Source: the human T2T-CHM13v2.0 reference genome, Homo sapiens
Length of the DNA: 64,000 nt
Strand: one strand, 5' to 3'
Assembly (NCBI RefSeq): GCF_009914755.1
Contig: NC_060943.1
The notes under the pieces were generated by a model, which did no database searches, had not been told where the DNA came from, and saw only the letters and a program-made list of their open reading frames with translations. The translations under genes and the position numbers were made by a program. Each line of letters begins with the position of its first letter. The first letter of the stretch is position 1. Positions 57,760 through 64,000 of the stretch are shown in pieces.

Positions 57760-58228
57760 TTTTTTTTTAAATTTTACTTTAAGTTCTGGGATACATGTGT
57801 AGAATGTGCAGACTTGTTCCATAAGTATACATGTGCCATGGTGGTTTGCTGCACCTATCAACCCATCATCTAGGTTTTAAGCCCCACATGCATTAGGTAT
57901 TTGTCCTAATGCTCTCCCTTCCCTTGCCCCCCAACCCCTGACAGGCCCCGGTGTGTGATGTTCCTTTCCCTGTGTCCATGTATTCTCATTGTTCAACCCC
58001 CACTTATGAGTGAGAACACGCGGTGTTTGGTTTTCTGTTCCTGTGTTAGTTTGCTGAGAATGATGGCTTGGCTTCCAGCTTCATCCATGTCCCTACAAAG
58101 GACATGAACTCATTCTCTTTTATGGCTGCATAGTATTCCATGGTGTATATGTGCCACATTTTCTTTGTCCAGTCTGTCACTGATGGGCATTTGGGTTGGT
58201 TCCAAGTCTTTGCTATTGTGAATAGTGC
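57760..58228 (-). mobile_element. 5'-truncated L1PA inserted antisense into an older L1
   Basis: L1PA 3' end; TSD cattgcagcattacta / cattgcagaattattt (57744-57759, 58229-58244). Confidence 0.9.
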
Positions 58229-58456
58229 CATTGCAGAATTATTTATAATAGCCAAGACATGAAAACAACATAAGTGTCCATTAATGAAAGAATAGATAAA
58301 GAAAGTATGGTCTACAGACACATTGGAATACTATTTCATCTTACAAGAGAAGAAAATCCTGACATTTGGGACAATATGGATGAACCTGGAGGACATTAGG
58401 CTAAGTGAAATAAGCCAGACACAGAAAGGCAAATACTGCATGATCTTACTTATACG

Positions 58457-59219
58457 TGTAAGAGTTAAAGAAAGAGAAAAGAAACACGAAAAGGGGCTCA
58501 ACAGTCAAAGACGGGTTTATTTTGGAGAATAAACCTGAGAGGGGCTTCTGGCCAATTTTGGTCAAGAGTGCTCTCTCTTACAGACTAAAAGTATATATTG
58601 GTTTTAGGGTGAGGGGGCTTATCACAAGCTTGGAATGTTTCTGTGTGGAGGAGAGGTTTATGGGGGGGGTTGGAATGTCTCTGGTCACAGGGGAGGTTAT
58701 CTTGGGGCTGACATCTTCCCAGCCAGAAAGGAGGTTATCTTGGGGCTGGAATGTCTGTGGTTGAGGATGTTATTTGTGGTTTATGGTCATAGTGACCTTA
58801 GCCATTAGGCTGATGCCATTTGGATTTAGGCAGTTTTTTGATCAAGATGAAACTTTTTTTTTTTTTTTTTTTTTTGGGATGGACTCTCTCTTTGTTGCCC
58901 AGGCTGGATGCAGTGGTGTGATCTCAGCTCACTGCAACCTCTGCCTCCCGGGTTCATGCCATTCTCCTGCCTCAGCCTCCTGAGTAGCTGGGACTACAGG
59001 CACCCGCCACCACGCCTGGCTAATTTTTTTGTATTTTTAGTAGAGACGGGGTTTCACCATGTTAGCCAGGCTGGTCTCAATCTCCTGACCTCATGATCCG
59101 CCCACCTTGGCCTCCCAAAGTGCTGGGATTATAGGTGTGAGCCACCCCGCCCAGCTCTGATCAAGATGAAACTTAAAATGGCAGCACTTGTCCAAGATGG
59201 TGATACTCCTGTTCTGTCA
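58457..59219 (-). mobile_element. LTR19-like ERV1 solo LTR containing an Alu, inserted in an old L1
   Basis: - strand TGACAGAACAGGAG...CTTACA; TSD ATACG/ATATG (CpG decay); internal Alu with TSD tgatcaagatgaaactt. Confidence 0.75.
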
Positions 59220-59701
59220 ATATGGGGAATCTTTAAAAAAAAAAACAAAGCCAAACTCTTAGACAGAGAGTAGAACTGTGGTTACCAGGGAATAGGGGTA
59301 GGAGGAAATGAGCAGATATTGGGGCACAAATATGTGGGCTCTCTGGAGGCTTGCGAGCTATTAAGGAGTGGGTTTACCCCAAATTGGAAAATGTGGGCTC
59401 TGCGTTCAAATAGCCTCACTTGGGTCTTAGGGCTGGTAAGGTTTGCTGGAAATTTGCATGTGCATTGTACATACACACACCAGCATGATATTTAAATCAG
59501 TATTATGAGAATTTTAAAGAGATACAGTTTTCCTATCTCAGCACAACAGACTCATGAAGCATTTACCATCACCCTTAAAAAAGACCACACACAAAGTGTG
59601 GTCGGTTAATTGGTGAATTACGTAGATTCATCAAAACACCAGTTCCTCCTTTGTGCAGGCTAAATTTATGACAGTGGACATCTCTGGTCTCTATCCTGTT
59701 A

Positions 59702-59938
<237 letters not shown>

Positions 59939-60842
59939 TCAAGCGATTCTCCTGCCTCAGCCTCCCAGGTAGCAGGGACTACAGGCGCCTGCCATCATGC
60001 CTGGCTATTTTTTTTTTTTGTATTTTAGTAGAGATAGGGTTTTGCCATATAAGCCAGGCTGGTCTTGCCCTTATTACCCTTCTGACCAAGCCGAGGCGGG
60101 TGATCCTTCCCCTCTCTCAGCTGGGACAGGTGAATCACCCGTCTTGGCCTCCCAAAGTGCTGGGAACAAGCATGAGTCACCGCTCGTGGTCCTGTTAATG
60201 GACATTGAATTTCCTTTTGAGGAGGTGGACAAGATGGTGATTAACTGTTAACGGACTTTGAATTTTCTTTTTTCTTTCTTTTCTCTCTCTCTCTCTTTTT
60301 TTTTTTTTTGGAGATGGAGTCTCGCTTTGTTGCCTAGGCTGGAGTGCAGTGGTGTGATGATCTTGGGTCACTGCAACCTCTGCCTCCCAGGTTCAAGCAA
60401 TTCTCCTGCCTCAGACTCCTGAGCAGCTGGGACCACAGGTGCCCACCACCACGCCTGGCTAATTTTTTTCTATTTTTATAGACATGGGGCTTCACCACGT
60501 TGGCCAGGCTGGTCTCAAACCCCTGACCTCAGCTGATTCACCTGCTTTGGCCTCCCAAAGTGCTGGGATTACAGGTGTGAGCCACTGCGCCTGGCCTTGT
60601 ATTTTCTTTTCTATAAAACCCTGTGTATACACTCTTTTTTCAAAAATTGAGGTGAAAATCATGTAACATCAAATAATCCTTCCTTCCTTCTTTCCTTCCT
60701 TCCTTCCTTCTTTTCTTCCTTCCTTCTTCCCTCCTTCTTTCTCTCTCTTTGTCTCTTTCTTTCTTTTTTTTCTTTATATTCCTTTGTCACCCTAGGTGGA
60801 GTGCCACATGAACATAGCTCACTGCAGACTCCTGGATTCTAG

Positions 60843-61254
<412 letters not shown>

Positions 61255-61449
61255 TTAAGCACCTGAAGAAAAGTTCTGGACTGGTAGAAACACAAGGAAA
61301 CCCTCAAAGACTGTATATCTAAAAAATTCTATTTTATATTCCTGTGAACAGTTTTAATCCTATGTGGTAGATTAATGTAAGTTAGTTTATACAATACATA
61401 TTTTTCCTTTTTGACTGGCTTATTTCATTGAGTATAATGTCCTCAAACT

Positions 61450-62665
61450 AGTCATGCCTTCCTAACTATCCCCCAAAGTCTTAACTCATTTCAGCATTAA
61501 CTCAAAAGTCCACAGTCCAAAATCTCATCTGAGACAAGGCACGTCCCTTCTGTGAGCCTGTAAAATCAAAAGCAAGTTAGTTACTTCCTATATACAATGG
61601 GGTACAGGCGTTGGATATACCCATTCCAAATGGGAGAAACTGGACAAACGAAGGGGCTGAAGGTCCCCTGCAATTCCAAAATCCAGTGGGGCAGTTAAAT
61701 CTTTTTTTTTTTTTTTGAGACAGAGTGTCGCTCTGTCACCCAGTCTGGAGTACAGTGGCTCGATCTCGGCTCACTGCAACCTCTGCCTCCTGGGTTAAAG
61801 CGATTCTCCTGCATCAGCCTCCAAGTCGTGGGGACTACAGGCGCACGCTGCCACGCCTGGCTAATTTTTTTTTTTTGTATTTTAGTAGAAACGGGGTTTC
61901 ACCATATTGCCCAGGCTGGTCTCGAACTCTTGAGCTCAGGCAATCTGCCCGCCTCGGCCTCCCAAAGTGTTAGGATTACAGGCATGAGCCACTGTGCCTG
62001 GCCAGGCAGTCAAATCTTTTTTTTTTTTTTTTAATTATACTTTAAGTTCTAGGGTACATGTGCACAACGTGCAGATTTGTTACATATGTATATATGTGCC
62101 GTGTTGGTTTACTGCACCCATTAATTTGTCATTTACATTAGGTATTTCTCCTAATGCTATCCCTCCCCCCCTCCCCCGACTCCACACTCCACGACAGGCC
62201 CCGGTGTGTGATGTTCTCCTCCCTGTGTCCAAGTATTCTCATTGTTCAATTTCCACCTATGAGTGAGAACATGCGGTGTTTGGTTTTCTGTCCTTGCGAT
62301 AGTTTGCTCAGAATGATGGTTTCCAGCTTCATCCATGTCCCTATGAAGGACATGAACTCATCCGTTTTTATGGCTGCATAGTATTCCATGGTGTATATGT
62401 GCCACATTTTCTTAATCCAGTCTATCATTGATGGACATTTGGGTTGGTTCCAAGTCTTTGCTATTGTGAATAGTCAGGCAGTCCAATCTTAAAGCTGCCA
62501 GATAATCTCCTTTGACTCTGTGTCTCACATCCAGGTCACGCTGATGTAAGTGGTGGGTTCCCATGGTCTTGGGCAGCCCCTTCCCTGTGGCTTTGCAGGA
62601 TACAGCCTCCCTCCCGGCTGCTTTCACAGGCTGGCGTCGAGTGTCTGTGGCTTTTCCAGATGCAT
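61450..62665 (-). mobile_element. THE1/MST MaLR internal fragment interrupted by an Alu and an L1
   Basis: cccccaaagtcttaactcatttcagcattaactcaaaagtccacagtcc; resumes after 62474 with gtgtctcacatccaggtcacgctgatg. Confidence 0.8.
62020..62473 (-). mobile_element. 5'-truncated L1PA
   Basis: [21 protein letters not shown]...FSLIGGN; TSD aggcagtc(a/c)aatctt. Confidence 0.92.
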
Positions 62666-62944
62666 GGTTCTGAGTCCAGGTAAGGTTGGAGAGGGGCTGC
62701 AGGGCTAGATTTGTGAGGGCGGGTGGCGCATGGGTCTCATTTTCCCTCCCTCAGCTGGGACACCCCACCACTCCTCTCACTTCCCCTTCTAGAAGTGAGA
62801 TCATGGATGCAAGATGCGGGATTATCTGGCTTGGAATCCTGAGTCCACTACTATGTAGATGAATTGCCTCGGGCTTGTGACTCAGGTTTTCTGCCACTAT
62901 TTTCCTCAACTGTTAAATACTGAGGTTCCAGCTGTTACAAAACC

Positions 62945-63110
62945 AGTAACTTTGGACAGATGACTCAACGGTTTACGCCTCTGTTTTCCTCATCTGTGAA
63001 ATGGGAACAATGATGATTCCTCCAGCTTTGTAGGGCTTGCATGAACACGAGCTGAGTTAATGGGATAAAACAGTGTGCAGTCCATATTAAATGCCGTAAG
63101 AAGCACTTGA
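62945..63110 (+). mobile_element. MIR SINE underlying most of the CD70 alternative exon (antisense to it)
   Basis: MIR core gcctctgttttcctcatctgtgaaatgggaacaatgatg followed by MIR 3' sequence. Confidence 0.8.
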
Positions 63111-63143
63111 CTTTGAGTCCCCAGTTCCAAAATCCAAAAAGCC
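62965..63143 (-). CDS. CD70: Alternative terminal coding exon of CD70 (isoform 2 C-terminus); the rest of CD70 lies beyond the window end
   Basis: - strand acceptor cttgatttccag|GGCTT at 63144/63143; phase-1 translation (G)LFGFWNWGLKVKCFLRHLIWTAHCFIPLTQLVFMQALQSWRNHHCSHFTDEENRGVNR then TGA at 62967-62965. Matches my recollection of the CD70 isoform-2 tail; CD70 is the known convergent neighbour of TNFSF9. Confidence 0.82.
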
Positions 63144-63194
63144 CTGGAAATCAAGTTGTTTTGGTGAATTGTTTGGCAGCAATCTCTGACCTGA

Positions 63195-63567
<373 letters not shown>

Positions 63568-64000
63568 TGAGTAGCTGGGTTTACAGGTGCCGGCCACCAT
63601 GCCTGGCTAATTTTTGTGTTTTTAGTAGAGACGGGGTTTTACCACGTCGGCCAGGCTGGTCTCAAACTCCTGACCTCAGGCGATCCGCCCACCTCGGCCT
63701 CCCAAAGTGCTGGGACTACAGGCACGAGCCACCGCGCCTGGCCTGTAGTCTTGATTTTTATCCCACTTAGTGTGAATGTTAACACTTCTCATTGTAAAAA
63801 AAAAAAAAAAAAGATGTGGTGTTTGATTACAAAATGCTGTCCCGACCTCACTGAGGTGATGCATAAAAGATGGTATAAGCGCTAGGCGCGGTGGCTCACA
63901 ACTGTAGTCCCAGCACTTTGGGAGGCCGAGTCGGGTGGATCACAAGGTCAAGAGATCGAGACCATCCTGGCCAACATGGTGAAGCCCGTCTCTACTAATA

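Overview
Primate (almost certainly human) genomic DNA, very Alu-dense, recognisable as the TNF-ligand cluster on 19p13.3. It contains: (1) the complete three-exon TNFSF9 (4-1BB ligand/CD137L) gene on the + strand, CDS 10531-10797, 12284-12314 and 14177-14643 (765 nt, 254 aa), with TATA/GC-box promoter and poly(A) signal; (2) a - strand coding exon missed by the ORF track (63143-62965), largely antisense MIR, whose translation matches my recollection of the C-terminus of CD70 isoform 2; (3) two processed pseudogenes fragmented by later insertions, TGFBR1-derived (~28750-34117) and CLIC4-derived (~38150-43700), plus a full-length Y3 RNA retrocopy; (4) the 3' half of a HERV-H provirus with its LTR7, several solo LTRs with readable target-site duplications, L1 fragments and many Alus. 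Nearly all ORFs in the supplied track are repeat-derived artefacts. I cannot support a wholly new biological system here. The best leads are two non-repeat islands with dense NF-kB (and STAT/RUNX/ETS) motifs between TNFSF9 and CD70, a GATA-motif tandem array abutting the TNFSF9 promoter, two predicted NMD-escaping splice routes to a ligand-less 4-1BBL, and several mechanistic retrotransposition fossils. Gene and repeat names are from memory of the sequences, not database searches; repeat boundaries without a quoted TSD are approximate.
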